Origin: Paraspadella gotoi | Lineage: Eukaryota > Animalia > Chaetognatha | Assembly (NCBI GenBank): GCA_051294375.1 | Contig: CM119266.1 | Location: 12,567,928 to 12,631,927 of the forward strand | Length of the DNA stretch: 64,000 nt | Direction of reading: 5' to 3' | Shown: positions 12,719 to 27,903 of the stretch, piece after piece | Position numbering within the stretch: position 1 is the first letter of the stretch | How the letters are laid out: every line of letters starts with the position of its first letter | Notes under the pieces: generated by a model | What the model saw: only the letters and a program-made list of their open reading frames with translations | Database searches by the model: none | What the model was told of the DNA's origin: nothing | Made by a program: the position numbers and the translations under genes

Positions 12719-14656
12719 TATCTGAGTGAAAGATATCTGATTGAAAGTTTGGGGGAATGAAGAAAAAGAAAGATAAAAAAATTTCCAAGGAATATCTTAT
12801 GTTTTAACTTATAATATCAAAACAGATAAACAGAGCATACATAACAAACCAGATAAGAAACTTAGATCAGTCGTAAACCAATCTTGACTAGTTGAGGAGG
12901 AATGAGTGCCAGTAATTGACCGATAAGGACTCGGGACTTGGGACTGGGGACTTGAGACTTGAGGGGCTTTAAAGTTTCGAGGCTGAGGAATCGTTTTAAT
13001 CGGATGATTGGTCGAGTCTCTTCAAGACTTTGAAGTTGAGAAACGACTCTCGTCGCTAAGACGACGGAAGGGTCTGATTCTGGAAGGGGGAAAAGGGATG
13101 TAGGGGGGGATCGAGAGGGTAAAGATACTACGAATCTGGAGTGGAAACTTTTAGTGGTCAGAAGCGATCGACGGAGGGACAAAGGTTACTGGGGAATAGG
13201 TAGTCTTGATTGTTCAAAGATGGCCCGAAGCTTATTCCAGTCGGGCGGAAGTTTTTAGTCGAAAGTTTATTCTGTCCGTCTGTATGACTTAGAAAAAGAA
13301 AAACGTTACGGAAAAGGGATTTATCGGCTGAATAACGCGTTTTGGGAGCTCGAATGAGGCAGAAATAATAAGGAAGAGGAAGACGAGGAGCAGCAGCAGG
13401 AAAAGCAGAACGAGGAGGAAGAGAAAGAAAGAATGAGTGATCGACGCGAATTATTGGACACTTGAACGATGATATCTTTGTTTAAACGAAAATTCGTTCG
13501 TCGCTTCGATTTTGAGTCCATGATTTCAGAATAGAATTGATGGAGAGGCAGAGAGAGAGCCGGACGGTGGAAGATCTGGCCGAGAGAGACGAGTCGTGGT
13601 ATCGTCCTTCTCTTCAAGGATTCGAGACAGAAGAGGTCGTGAAGAGGGTCAACGCGGTGGTCGAGAAAGGGCGGGGTCAGGACCGCCCAAACTTAGAGAA
13701 AGGCGGCGGGGAAAGAGTGGGGTTGTGAAAAAGGAGAGGCGGGGGGGAAAAAGAATACGCGGAATGAGAAATTTGGTTATTGCCGCATGGCAGATAAAAT
13801 AGGGTGCGGGAAGACTGGGAAGAAGTGGACTCGGGCGTGGCTAGTGGGAGAGGAGTATAGAGGGCGCTGGGGTAGAGAGAGAGAAAATGATCGGAATATC
13901 AAGGGAGAAAATTTTGAGTCTTGGGTTCACAGAGGAAAAAAAAGTAAGGGAAAAAAAAAGAAGTGAGGTCGATTTGCTCGAGAAAATTCTGTTTAAGAGG
14001 GAGAGAGGTCAGAGAAAAAAGTTGTTACGAGGGGAAAGGTTAAACAAAAAAAAAAGTTTCCTGACGGAGAAGGAGGGAGAGCGAGACAATGGCAATGCGG
14101 CTGCGTTTCTTGGGCGGGTGAGAGAGAGAGGGAGTGGGTGAAGGAGTTGATGGTGGAGCTATTGACGAAAGGAGCGGAAATATGGCTCGAGAGTAGCGAT
14201 GATTAACTATTTTATTTCTAATATGGATCAAATCAGATGATATAGTACTCAATTACTAAAATAACCCTTCTCCCTATGGATATGTATATCCAGTAGAGAA
14301 TGAAGCGGCGGCCTGATGGCTCAAGGGAAGCGGTGGCCAACGTAGCTCGCTCTTAGAAGGCGTGTCCCGACCAGAAAATTTATCCCTAGGAGTTGTGAAG
14401 ACCGAGGCGGCGGTTTGAAAGGAGGGTGCGGCGGTTGCGGCGGTTGCGGCGGCCGCGGCTGCGGCGGTCGTTGCGCCGGAGATGGCGGTGGCGGCGGCGG
14501 CGGCGGCGAAAGAAACTTTTTTTTTCATACCCAGCGCAAAAATCAAGATGTGCGGAATAAATTAGGCGGTGCGCAGCTGCACGGAGGGAAAAGAGAGGAG
14601 AATGGGAGACGAGGGGCAGAGAGAGAGATATGAGGGGAAAAAATGGAGGTAGAATG

Positions 14657-14719
<63 letters not shown>

Positions 14720-14745
14720 AGGAAAGAAAGAAAGAGAGAAAGAAA
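14657..14745 (+). repeat. (AAAG)n microsatellite
   Basis: Tetranucleotide run. Confidence 0.95.
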
Positions 14746-17700
14746 AAAATATGAAAAGTCAAAGGGACGCCGCTATAAAAAAATATGGAGAAAGAAAATT
14801 AGAAAGAGAAGGAGAGAGAAGAAAGAAAGAGACGCGGTTATAAAAGAGAAGGAAGCCTTTTATACCGAAATGAACGAAATTAAAAATTTACTCCCAATGT
14901 CTGGGCGAAGGGGTAAGGGTTAGGAGGAAAGGAAAAAAAAGGAAAGGAGGCAAAATGGTGAGAATAAAAGGCGAAGGAAAGGAGAAAATGAAAATGAAAA
15001 TAGCGGTAAGCAAGGATCTCTTTCGTTTAACAAAGAGAAAAGCGAAATTTGCTGGTCTTCACTTTTTTCCTCGACACCTCCCTATTTTTTTTCTTTTGTC
15101 AGTTTTTTAGGCTTAATTTTATGAATTTCCGTTGTTATTGTTGTTGTTGTTGTTGTTTCCTCCGTTTTCCTTTTCGACTTTCGACTCATCACTTGATTAT
15201 CTTCCTCTTTTCTTCCTATTGATTGTTGCCATCAATTTCCAGATTCTCGGCATTTCATTACTTTAGTTGTTTTTCTGTCATTCGATTTTGTTTTCTTCCT
15301 TTTTTTTATTTTTATTTCGTTTGTTTACCTTTTTTCCTTTTTATAATTCGTAATTTTTTGTTTTATTGCTCCAGTAGAAGAGTCTATTCTTACGTAAGTT
15401 AATAATTTTGTTTAGTTTTTTAGTCTTCTTGTATAAACTTATCTCGCTGTTATCGATTTAAGTTTCTTTCATTTTTTTTTCTTTCATTCTTTTTCTTTTG
15501 TTTTCTTTCCTTACTTTTCCTTATTTTTTCTTTCCTTTTTTGTCTCTACATCTCGCGGGGATCCCGACGCCTCTATCGACGCCTCTGACCGGAAGTAGCG
15601 TTGATTTCTCCTGAGCGAAGCGGCGGCTGGCGTCGCGGCGGCGGCTGGCGGCGGCGGCTGATGGCGGCGACCGCAGGCGGCGGACGGTGGCGGCGGCCAG
15701 AGCGGCGCCGCGATTAAGACTCCGCCCGAAATGACTTTCTTATCGCAACCCTAAACAGAATGAGAGCAGAGAGAGAGAGACGAGAGAGAGAGAGAGAGAG
15801 AGACGAGAGACGAGACAGAGGAGGAGAGAGAGAGAGAGAGAGAGGAAAAAGCCGGACAGCTCCGCCTTAATGCCGGATTGCCTTTAATCCCTTTCCCGCA
15901 TCTATTTTTATGTTTTTTCCTTAACTTTCCTTTCCCTTTCTCGATTCTATCTCTTTCCTTTTTCTCCCTTTTCTTCCTTTCCTTCCCTTTCCTCCCTTTT
16001 TTTTTTCTCCGGCGAAATCAAACGGATCAGACTTCCGGCTAATATTCGCCATTGAGTAACACGATCTCTCGCCCCATTTTCCTTTCCCGCCCCTCCTCCT
16101 CCTCCTCTCCCGCACAGCTCCTCTAACGGCTGCCGATGAAAACGCACCCATTTTTTCTGCCTTTTGTTTACTTTTTTTTTCCCACCATTTTATTTATTTT
16201 GATTTCGTCTTTTTTTCTTCTTAAACATCGAGTCCCGAATTCCATCGCCGCTCGCGGGGCCGCGCGAAGTCTTTGGCGGCGCCATTAACATTCCCGTCGG
16301 TTTTTCGCCTCCGCTTCGACGGAGTTGTCGTCGTCTACGTCGTTGTCGTCGTTATTGTCGTCGTCTTTATCGTCTCGTTTTCGTCGCTGACGTCATCGTT
16401 GTCTTCTCAGTCGTTGTTGTCGCTATCTTAATCGTCCTCATAGTCGTTTTCACATAGAATTAAACTTAAAATTCGAAATTAATAATTATATTAATGATAA
16501 TCGTTAATAATCTATCCTAACCGTTGATAAATATTAATAAGGATTATTAAAGATGTTTCTCCAATTGACCATGATAATGTTTTCCAACATCTTCACGAAT
16601 AACCCGTAACTTCTTATCTCACTTACCGACTTTTTTTGCTATCCTTTCCTTTTCCCTCTCATATCCGCGGCGGCCTGACTTACCTCCCTCTCAAGACAAC
16701 AATAACGAAAAATACAAAGAATCGAAAAGTCCGTTTAGTTATGTATCTCATTCCGTCGTCGAGAGAAAAAAAAATACACACAGACGAACTACAAAAATCC
16801 ATTAAGTCTCCAGAAAACGTCGGCTCAGCCCTTACTTTATCGATAATCGCCCTATTCCTTCTCTCTCTCTCGTCTCCCTGTTATTCCTCTCTCCTCTCCC
16901 TCTCTCTCATCTCCTCTCTCTTCTCTCATTCTCTCTCTCTCTCTACTCTCTCTCTCCTCTCTCTCTTTTCATATCTGCAGCTTTTATCTCTCTACTTTTT
17001 TTGTGTTCCCAGCGTGCAAAAACTTAGGTAGAAGAAAACTAGAGATGAGGAGTGATGAGAGACGACGAGAGAGACGAGAGAGATGAGAGAGAGAGAGAGA
17101 GGAGAAGCAGAGCAGGAGAGAGCGAGCAGGACGAGCATGAGCGAGAGAGAGAAAGAATAATCCCCTGCGATATTGTTCTCCCCTTTTCTCTGCTCCCAGA
17201 GACATTAATTAGACCCAACAGATTGGGTTTTTTTTTCCAGCGCCGAGAAAAAAAAATATAATCGGCGCCGGGGAAAATCGACGCTAAAATTCCGGCGGCC
17301 GATGATGCGCGGGAAAGGAGAATGACGGAAACGATCTCTGAAGACGACGACGACGACGACGACGACGACGACAAAGATGGATGCGGACAAGATTAGTTGA
17401 TATCGAAAGATGAGACAGAGATGGCGTTGGTGGCAACGAGAACGACCGTCTGAAAGATGAGGACGATGATACGAAGACGACGACGATGACGACGACGAAG
17501 ACGAAAACTAAAACGAAAACGACGAAGAAATAGATTGACGGAATTTAATAACCTTAGACTGAGATAGAATCTTGATTGAAAGCTTACAGGGTCCTGCCAT
17601 GTTATAGTTTTTTTATCCAAAATCAGTGGCAAGATCAATTTCATACATGAAGATGACATGACATTAATCAAATAATCGAGTACATTAGAAACGAATGCAC

Positions 17701-17763
17701 TTACTGACAATTAACGACAATGATAGCGATTGCTCTATAGATATTTCTTTTTAATCAACTCAC

Positions 17764-17764
<1 letters not shown>

Positions 17765-17800
<36 letters not shown>
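17765..17800 (+). repeat. (ACG)n microsatellite
   Basis: About 12 perfect CGA units; similar tracts at 17343, 33657, 52812 and 54460. Confidence 0.95.
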
Positions 17801-20800
17801 TCGCCGTCTCGTCAATTATGAAAATCCTTCTCTCATCAATTCCTCAATTTCCCCTTCGGTTCTTAGGTTTCCTTCAGTTTTTTTTTTAAATTCTCCATCC
17901 ATTCATCCCTACATATTTTTTTTTTAATAAAAAATATTTTATGAATATAATTTTCCAAACAACTCTCTTTCTGTAATTTAACGCCGTGAGCTTGGTCTGA
18001 TTTTCTTTTTTAATTAAACAACCGACAGAAATTTAAAAAGAAAATAAAAAAAGTGAATTTCTTTATTTTCTTCTTTTTTTTAAATTTTTTTGGAAACCGT
18101 AATGAATCGGAAATGTAAGGAGATTTTTGCATATAGAGTATTTTCAATTCTTTTTTTTTCTATTTCGAGAGAGATTTACGACTCAGACTTTTCTCTCTTC
18201 TATTCGCTTCACTTTCTTTCTATATTTTTATGAGAGGATCGTCTGCTCCTTTCTCCTCTTATCGTCTCTTCCTATAAACATCTCTTCAGTCCACCATCTA
18301 TACCTCCTCGCCCATCTTCTCAACCTGTATTCTCTCACGCAAAAACCCCCCGTCATTTCATTAAACATTCATCCCCCGCTTTTTCATCTCTTAACCCTCG
18401 TCGTGATTTTCTTATCACGCATTCACGGTGGTTGGCCGTCTCACCGACGTTGCTCCCAGCGCACTGACCCCTCGGGTCGAGGAAGATTCCGGATTTTTCC
18501 CGTCTTCATGAAAATTTTAAGAAACGAAGGGACGTATTTGTTTTCCTCTTTATATCAGAAAACGGTGAGAAGTGGGAACAGCATCTGATCTTCCCAACCG
18601 AACCAAGTCCCACCTTCTCCAGCCCTTCCCAGACTTTCCTCCCTTCGATCCAATTCTCCCTCCCAGCCCCCGCCTATCCCCGCCAATCCCTGCTTTTCCC
18701 GCCCTCTTCGCGTTTCCTTGATTAATGTCGGACAGACGCGAAACATCTTCTCTCGCGATTTCGTTCCCAGGATACGAACACGTGATCTTCGAGAGAACGA
18801 CGCGTGGTCGCCGCTCGGTCGGATCGGGGATGGAAATGTATTTAACGTCTCAACGTGAATTTCTTTTGTGGGCATCAGGTGACTGGATATCCGGGAGGGA
18901 ATCGGTAGGCGGTTGGCGTCGACGGCCTTTTGGTTGGCGCCACGGACGCGGTTGGGAGGTAAAACTCCGTTAACGAGACGTTAAATTGAGCGGATGTGCG
19001 AGAACGCCGCGCGACGAAGGCGACGCCAGTTCAACATCCGGAGTTGAAAGTGTTGTTTTTTTCTACCGCGGATCAATCCAACTCGGCTGGTAAACAGCAA
19101 CTGCGAACATTCTTGGCTTTATGACTTCTTTATTATTAACAACAACGAAGGACAACAACCATTCATACAATATCATCTCCGGACGCGGAAGAACATTCGA
19201 ACCCAAAAGGCATAGGGGAATAAACAAGGACCTACTCGAATGAAAGGACATAATCCGATAAACATTCCACGCTCCCCCCCCTACCCCCCTCTCATCCTCT
19301 CCCCCCGAGGCGAAAAAAAAACCACAAAAAAAATAATCGCCCCCTATCGTCCACCGAAAAGATAAAAAAAAAAGGGAAACGGGGTCCATCCTTCGCCGGC
19401 GTCTTTTCCGTCTTTCCCAACGACCGCAAAGATAACCATAAACAGACGCCATTCCACGCCGCCCTGCCGCCGCCCGGACGCCGCCCGAACGCCGACCGAC
19501 GTAAACCATCGTCGGGGCGCTCGCGGCGTCGCCATTGGCGACGGGAAATGGCGAGGACCCCTTTATGGTCAATGTTTTTGACAGGAATGTCCACCTGCGG
19601 AAAGAAGAAAAAATAAGAAGCCCAAATGGAATGAGGGAGAAAGAAACATAACATTTTTCCATGAAGAAAACTGCTGACACCATTAAAAAAGCTGTTTTTA
19701 TGAAAAATAGAGAAATGCGAGAGGTGTATGAGAGAAGAGAGAGAACGAAACAGAACAAAGAAAGAAAAAAGAAGTGAGAAACGAGAAAGAAAGAGAGTAG
19801 CGCCGCCAAGATATGGAATCGCTGGAAGCTCTTATTGAGTTAATGGGTTGTATCATAGGCAAGACGACTTTTTTTTCCTTCTCTGTTATTCATAGTTCCG
19901 CCCCTTCCTTTCATTACGTTGACATTACGTTTGTTTTCTTCTTTTTTTTTTCTTCTCTGGTTTCTATTTTCTTTTTTTTATGGGAACGACGACTCGGAAT
20001 GATACTCGCTTTTTTTTTTTTCAAATCAACACTCTCGAGTTTTCTCGCCTTGACTGTTTTTCTCCTCACCCATTACATACCCTAACTTACCGCAATCACT
20101 TTCTCTCATGTTTCCTTAAAAATAATGGATGACGCTAACCCCCCTCCGAACCCCCCCCTTTCCTGTTATTCATCCCGTCACTCGTTTTTGGCTGAGATAA
20201 TTCTTTCGTCATTTACGCCGCCAACGACAAACTCATTTTTCACGTCAAGAATATCGACGGAGTTTTCTTTTTTTTCCCTTTTTCCTTTAGTTATTTCTTC
20301 TTTTTTTTTAAAAAGGAGGCACCGCCTCGTTATAGATTTTTTTCCCCCTTTTCTTCCACTCCCTCTCTCCCCCCTCTTTGAAAAAAATGGCGCCATAAGT
20401 CTGTCATAGATTCTTTTTTTTTTTCTTCATCTTTCACCGAAACCATTCGAACCCATTCTCAGCCCATTTCCCCGCGCTCGCTCTCTTTAGGGGTCAGGTC
20501 TTAAATTCGACGGAGTCATACCTCCAACGTGTTTCTTTAAGGCTCTCTCTCTNNNNNNNNNNNNNNNNNNNNNNNNNNNNNNNNNNNNNNNNNNNNNNNN
20601 NNNNNNNNNNNNNNNNNNNNNNNNNNNNNCCCCATTCACAATCACCCGACTGTATCTCCCTTTTCTCTTTCTGTTTTTCTTTTTTTCTTTCTGTATTTCT
20701 TTCTTTCTTTTTTATATTCTCTGTCACTTTTTTTTTTTTTTTGAAAGAAAAACGTTTCCCGCTGGCAAACTTCCTGAAAATTTTTCACGTTTCCGCCCCA

Positions 20801-22728
20801 CACCCGATAATCTAACGGGGCCCGCTTTCAAGAGTTTCAATAAAAAAAAATATAATTGGGACTAAAATAAACACAAGGCCATGAAAAAAGGAAAGTGGGC
20901 CCAAAAACGCGAAAATAAATATTAGGCAAACGAAAATAGTGCAATCACACACANNNNNNNNNNNNNNNNNNNNNNNNNNNNNNNNNNNNNNNNNNNNNNN
21001 NNNNNNNNNNNNNNNNNNNNNNNNNNNNNNNNNNNNNNNNNNNNNNNNNNNNNNNNNNNNNNNNNNNNNNNNNNNNNNNNNNNNNNNNNNNNNNNNNNNN
21101 NNNNNNNNNNNNNNNNNNNNNNNNNNNNNNNNNNNNNNNNNNNNNNNNNNNNNNNNNNNNNNNNNNNNNNNNNNNNNNNNNNNNNNNNNNNNNNNNNNNN
21201 NNNNNNNNNNNNNGAGAGGGGGGAAACACCCCTCGGGGGGATAGGAAAGGCGAGGGAGGAAAAAAGAAAAAGAGTAGAGCTCAGGCTTTAGTTTTAAAAA
21301 TTTCTTATTCATGGAATATTTTTTTTTCATATTTTTCGGCCGAGCGAAAGAGAGAAAGATGGCAGAGCATCGAAAAAGAAAGAGAAATCGCGTTCCCATC
21401 TTCCCATACTTTACATATCCCCTTTTCTTCCATTTCCCATCATCATCCATCCCACTCTTTTCGTTTCGTTCATTAAACCTGGAACCGACCAATGACGTCG
21501 CCCGAGATCCCGAGCCAATCGCCTGCCGACCTGATGTCTTTCCGATATCCAATAACCGGCCACCTTTCTTCCTCGTTCCGCCTTCGACCTGACGATTGGG
21601 TTGTTTTTCGGTTTTTCCTCCCCAGTTTTTCCGTACCGTTACTNNNNNNNNNNNNNNNNNNNNNNNNNNNNNNNNNNNNNNNNNNNNNNNNNNNNNNNNN
21701 NNNNNNNNNNNNNNNNNNNNNNNNNNNNNNNNNNNNNNNNNNNNNNNNNNNNNNNNNNNNNNNNNNNNNNNNNNNNNNNNNNNNNNNNNNNNNNNNNNNN
21801 NNNNNNNNNNNNNNNNNNNNNNNNNNNNNNNNNNNNNNNNNNNNNNNNNNNNNNNNNNNNNNNNNNNNNNNNNNNNNNNNNNNNNNNNNNNNNNNNNNNN
21901 NNNNNNNNNNNNNNNNNNNNNNNNNNNNNNNNNNNNNNNNNNNNCCCCCCTTTCCTTTCCTTACCATAATTTCTTCCTGGGCTTCGCCCGCTTTTGCCTT
22001 CTTTCCATCAGAGGAACTTTCCCCAATGAATGACAGAGATTGATCTTTCTTTTGGTTTACGGTTGGTCATTAACTTTCCTCCGAACTTCCTTTTGTCTTT
22101 TTTCCTCTCTTTTTCTCTCTCTTTTTTCTCCTTCCGAGTTTCGCCGGCAGGAGGCGAACGGGAGCCGAGTAATTTTTTTCTTTTTCTTCGGAACATTTCA
22201 TCGCCGGGGAAAGTTTTGTTTGTTGCGGCAGAGGAAGCGATAAAAAATTATGAAGAGAAAATACAACTTAATCGAAAGAGAAAATAACAAGAAAAAGAAA
22301 AGTAATTTTTGACAAAAATACTTTTATAGAAAAAATCCAATCCATGCGTCATACGTATTTACTTCCTATAGTTTTATCCTTTCTTTTTCCCCCTGCAAAT
22401 ATAGACAGGAAAGACGCAAAAAAAATCTCACTGTTTCCTTTTTTTTCTTTCTCTCCATCTCGTCCTCTTGAGAAATTATTCTCTGTACTTCTTTTCTTCT
22501 TTTTGTGTCTTTTCTCTCTCTCTCTCTCTCTCTCTCGAAAGGCAGAAGAGACTCTCTCCATCTCCATACACTCTACCCGTCGTTCTAGTTTCCGCCTACA
22601 TCTCTGTTTGCTCTGTCTTCACTCTCTCTCAAGATCTTACTCTGATTTCGCAGAGTAATGTTTTTTGAAACAAGTTTGAGCACATCTCCTCTTCCCCTCT
22701 TCCNNNNNNNNNNNNNNNNNNNNNNNNN

Positions 22729-25700
22729 GTTGTCTCTAACAATACAAATAATAACTCTCGGCTGTCTAGAGCTCGTCGTCATACATCGTGCCTCCTTCTG
22801 CTCTCTCCTCTACTCTCTCGTGTTCTCGTCCTCACTCCGACCCTTTATGCCTCCCTCGCAGATGCTCTATGCACCGTATGGTTGCGCCCCTGTCAAGGGG
22901 GAAGCCCGTCGAAGTATTAGGTTTCTCGGTTCCTCCAGAGCGCTGCTACAAGAGGACCGGCCGTTCAAAGATAATTGTTTGTAGCCAAAGGTTGCACGCC
23001 GTGTGCGTACGCTTCGTCATTCGCACGTCTGATGGCACGCAGGTTGATGGCCAGCCTCAGCCGGCGGTGCGTCCTTACTGAGTCGTGCTCGGTGATAATC
23101 GGTGTCCTCCTCTCACTGATTGTGGCCCAACGTTACAAGTTTTGCAGTCGGCGTCGATCGCGTAGGTGGGAGGTAGTTCCGTTCAATGTTGTGTTCCAGG
23201 ACCAGTGCAGTGGTATAGATTCCGGGACAGCGTGTGCCCATCGCCAAGAGTTAACGTTTTCAGAATAATGCTGATGGCCAGAGGTCTCTCACGTCAAAAG
23301 TTGGGCTCGCCACAGATGGGCGTAAAGAAGTGTCGATGCGATAAAATAAAAAGATATATTGCAGACAGGACGAAAAAGAGGAGAGCGAGAGGCTTGCCCT
23401 TAAAGACCGAACGAGGACGGCCATAGTACAAGTATGAGCTCGCGAAGGAAATGTTGCTCAAAAGTTCAGACAACAGTAAAGAGACATGAAGAAGGTGGGA
23501 CATACGCGTGCAGTATAGGCGAATATACGAAAGCAAAACAAGAAACGAAACTAAAACGAACGGACATTCTGTCTTGTGTCCAGAAGTTGTCTCCGAGGAG
23601 AGTGCTTCCGCCAACTCAAAATTCTCTCCGTGCTGTGCTCGACTGCAGTACTGCCCGAGTACAGATCCATTGAGCGACCGGGGTAGCGCTCTTTAGGACC
23701 ACATCAGTCGGTTCAGAAGTTGCGCACGGCAGCGCACGACCGGGATGCTGCAGCGTGAATTTTCGCGCGAGCTGACAGCAGCCTCGTCCGGTATGACTGT
23801 CCGCGATGGTCCTACTACTCTATATCGAGGCGAGATCATTCGTAGATGCACTTGCGTGAGAAGCTCGTGAGCGAGAGACCAGTCTCAACGGATGTACTAA
23901 GATATCATGAACACACATGTTCCTAACTTTTATTTTTTAACTGTGCTCTCCTATCTCTCTATTACTCACCTCTTCTGTTGTCTCCCCTAGTTCACTTCCG
24001 TCCCCGTGCTGTGCTGCCACTACTCAGATCTGCAGGGTGCTGGCTCGTTCTCGTGTCGGCTCATCTGCGGTGGCCAGAGTCTTGCATCTCTCATAGGGTC
24101 TCTCTCTTCGATACAATACTACATCTCTCTCTCTTCTCTCCTCTCCTTTCCTCATCCATAACAAATAACATCCCAAAGGTCGATAGACTCGCTTCCCGCT
24201 CGTTGGCTCCAAAGTATGGCAGGTTAAGTCGAGATTGCATCCGAGTGGCTAATTCTGGCAAGAAGGAGAGAGAGTCACAGCCCGATGGCTCAATTTTCTA
24301 CGATTTGACTGCCGGGCCGCGCGAGCGAGCTCCGCGGAGCTGTGCGACTCTGGCCTAAAACGCGCTGTCACGAGGCGTGAAGCGCGCTTGGGGTTGCCGA
24401 CAAGGTATGTGGCCAGAGGAGTTGGTCATGGGCCGTAGCGTGTAGAGAGAGTTGCGAGCGTAGACGAGCTATACACGTAGTCAGAGCGGATAAGAAAAGT
24501 GGCCTAGAGTCTGCCGATGAGGATAGACGTGTGAGGTCGGCCTAAGGTGGCTGGGTGGCTGATGGCGCGGAAAAGTGTGACCAATAAAAGTTGCGAGGGT
24601 ATGCGCGGATGAGAGAGGGTGCGCTTAAGGTCAAAGAGTTGAGACGAAGGTGATGGCAGAAGTCGGTGGTGGTGGACTTCAGTATTCAAGTACGTGATCG
24701 CAAATTGACTGAGACTAAGATAAGAGAGAGAGATGAACGACATGATTGAGGATGAGACAAGTGGTGATCCTAGATTTCTGACCCGGTCAACGGCGTGCAG
24801 CGATCGTGATAGCGGAATGACCAATTTGTGCCCCTCAAGTCACGGGTTTGTAGCGCGTCGGGACCGCTCTAGACGAGTTGGACTGCCAGCATAGTTTATG
24901 GCAGACGGTGAAGGTTGCGAGAGTCCTACGGTGTCAGCGCGGACGCTTCGTCTTTTTTTTCAGCTCATATCAAAGTTTGCAGGCGAGGAGAGGTGTTTGA
25001 CTCATGGGTGACGGAGGCAGGAAGAGGAGAGATGTGTTCCAGACTGACGCGGTTTTTCGGGGCTCACTTGTGGTGTGTTGAAGGCAAGTGGCTGGCTGTG
25101 AGCCATTACCCTAGAGGGTTATTTGCTTAATTGTTTGGCTCAGGGAAATGTTTCGGGTAGTAGTCAGATAGGCGTAACGAGGTTTTAATGGGCCAAACAC
25201 CACCGTGGGCCCACTAAGCTGCGACTGACCGAACTGTTAAGCGTGCGAATAGAGCGTTTCGCGGCGACTGGAGAGGTTGGCCTAAGGCGGTGCAGAGGGC
25301 GGCATGGATTGCTTCCAACCTTTTCTATTAATCTCTCTCTTTTCCGCCCTTTTCCCCCCTTCTCAATTCACCTTTTCGCCGTCAGGGGAGCCCGTCGAAG
25401 AATCTCGGTTCTCCCGTTCAAGAGGCCGTAAAATTGTTGTGACGCTTCGTCATTCGAGTCTGGGCGCCATTTATGGCCACGCCTACTGTCTTTTTCTTCT
25501 CCTCTCACTATTCGTCGTCGTCGTCGTCGTTTTAGTATTTCCCAATGTTTTCCGGGACACTCGGGACTTTTTTTAGGGCGAAAAGTTGGTGAGCGATGAA
25601 AAAAAAACAAAGATAAAGAAACAAAGGACAAAGAGACCAAAATCTGACTCAAAATGTTTAATTCACAACAAGTAAAACTAAAAATAAAATATATATAAAA

Positions 25701-26043
25701 CAAAACAAGAAACGAAACGAAACTAAACGACATTCTTCTTTTGGGCCCCAACAATTCTCTAATCATCGCCTCTCCAACGTCTGATCTCCATTACGACCGG
25801 GAGGCTCTTAACTCTTCGTCGTCGACGCCCCGGATCTTGAGCGTTTCGCGCATGCGCTCTCGTTGCTTCCATTCTACAAAGATCTTAATCACCGGGCGAA
25901 AACGTCTCGCGATGACTAAGATATTCATGCAACAGTTCCTAACTTTTTTTTTAAACTGTGCTCTCCTATCTTCTCTATTACTCACCTCTCTTTCTCCCTA
26001 TACATCCTCCCCTCTCTCTCTCTTCATCTCTTCTCTCTCTGCG

Positions 26044-26079
<36 letters not shown>

Positions 26080-26720
26080 CTCTCTTCTCTCTCCCTCTCT
26101 CCCATCATCACTCATCCCCGGTTGATAACTCGCTTCCCGTTTTTTATGGTTAATCAAATCCGTCGGCGAGAAGAGAGAGTCACGCCCGATATTTCTCAAT
26201 TTGACTCCGCGCGCTCCCGTGAGCCGACGGCCAAAACCGTAGCAGCCTTTGGGGTTGCCGACAAGTTGGGTTTGCCTTTGGGGTTGCCGACAAGATCTCG
26301 TTATAGAAAAAAGGGGGTAAAAAACTTGGAGTGGCGTTCGGGCGGGAGAGTGTGGCAAAGAGTTGAGACGAAAATAAGATTCGTGTTGATTAAGTATTCA
26401 AACTCATCGTTGACTGATTCGGAGACAAAGTGACGATGATGATGAGACAAGTGAGTCTGAGACGTCAACGGTTATCATGACAATTGGCTAAAGGTCAGGT
26501 TGACGCCGGGTTGCGAGATGCCAATGTTTAGTGGTCACGGGCTGGCCTTCGTTTTTGTGTTGGGAAAGATTTGCTGACGGTTTTCGGGCTCTTTTGTTGT
26601 TGTAAGTGTTTGGTCCCTAATTTCTTTTTCTCAGGGAAATTTCAGCAATTACAATTTAATGGGCCCAACACCACGTGGGCACTATGCTGCGACCACCACT
26701 TTAACCGAATACGTCGGTGC
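22729..26720 (+). repeat. Insertion-riddled copy (22729-~25265) of ~25320-26720; probable raw long-read artefact
   Basis: Collinear anchors: ggg(g)agcccgtcgaag, aaaacaagaaacgaaac, gttcctaactttt..aactgtgctctcctatct, ggggttgccgacaag, tcagggaaat, atgggcc(c)aa..acc. The first copy is ~1.7x longer and follows a 25-N gap. Confidence 0.8.
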
Positions 26721-27219
26721 TGAATTTCTTTATTAGAATAGATGTTCAAATTCCAAAGCCAAGAGAGAATATTTTTTTTGCGGAGGAAAAGAAGTCAAAA
26801 AACTTACGCACTATTTGGTTTCGGCTAATTACATTTTTTCCTTCTTTTGCTTCTTCAATTTTTTTTCTTCAAAAAAAAAAAAGTGGGAATTTGGGGCAGA
26901 AAAGAATTTAAAGAATTTTCAGCAGTGAAAAGATCCGCCCCTTAACAAGAAAGACGTTCTCTTTTTTGTAACGATGTGAATGACAGTGTGATCTAGCCGT
27001 CAACTATTAAGGCTTTCACTTCACTCGACACTAACTTTCACTACTATCGTTATCATCATCGTCATCATCATCATCATCATCATCCTCGTCGTCGTCGCGA
27101 ACGGAAGAGAATGAGTTTCGCTTTTTGGATTTTAAAACCGGCGGACGTCATCGACTCCCTTTTGTTTGAAAGTGTCGGAACCTCGGCACATCCGGGGACT
27201 CTTTCTCTCTCTCTCTCTC

Positions 27220-27254
<35 letters not shown>

Positions 27255-27258
27255 CTCT

Positions 27259-27290
<32 letters not shown>

Positions 27291-27859
27291 GTTTTGATCT
27301 CCCTACAAAAAAATATGTAAATTCGTTTTTGCACATTAGCAAAAATTATTTTTATAAGCAAGAAAAACTGAACAAAGGCACGTTTCGCAGTTCGGCTCAA
27401 TTTTAAAAATTTACCTTAAAGTTAATTTTCATCCCATGCAATACAAGCTTTGACATCAAATGAGTTAGATAGTATCACATTCTATAGACTGCAACTTTTC
27501 ACTTCACAAAGTTCAAACATCACCGTCAACATTAAGTCGGTCACTTTCTCTCGACAATTCCAAATCCTCCTGGAGATTCTCTCCCATTTATTCGCAAGTT
27601 GTTAAGTTGTAAACACATTGTTTCCCACGAAATGGCCGGAGAAAAAAAGGTTGTAAACTTACCTTTTGTTTGGCGAAGAGGCGGGCGTGGAGCGAGAACA
27701 CGGGAGGTGGGGAAAGAAAAAAAAGTAAAAAAGGGGAAAAAAGAAATTCGGAGTTAGTTGATTAAAATTTGAATACTCCCCCCCCCCTGCAGCGCCAGTG
27801 ATTTAAGGCCCAGGATATAAATTTATATCGTCTCTTCAACCTTGTATGGGTGAGATAGA

Positions 27860-27903
<44 letters not shown>

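Noticed and set aside
22788-25130. Complex-looking ORFs in this block
   Set aside because: The block is an insertion-riddled copy of downstream DNA, most likely raw read noise.
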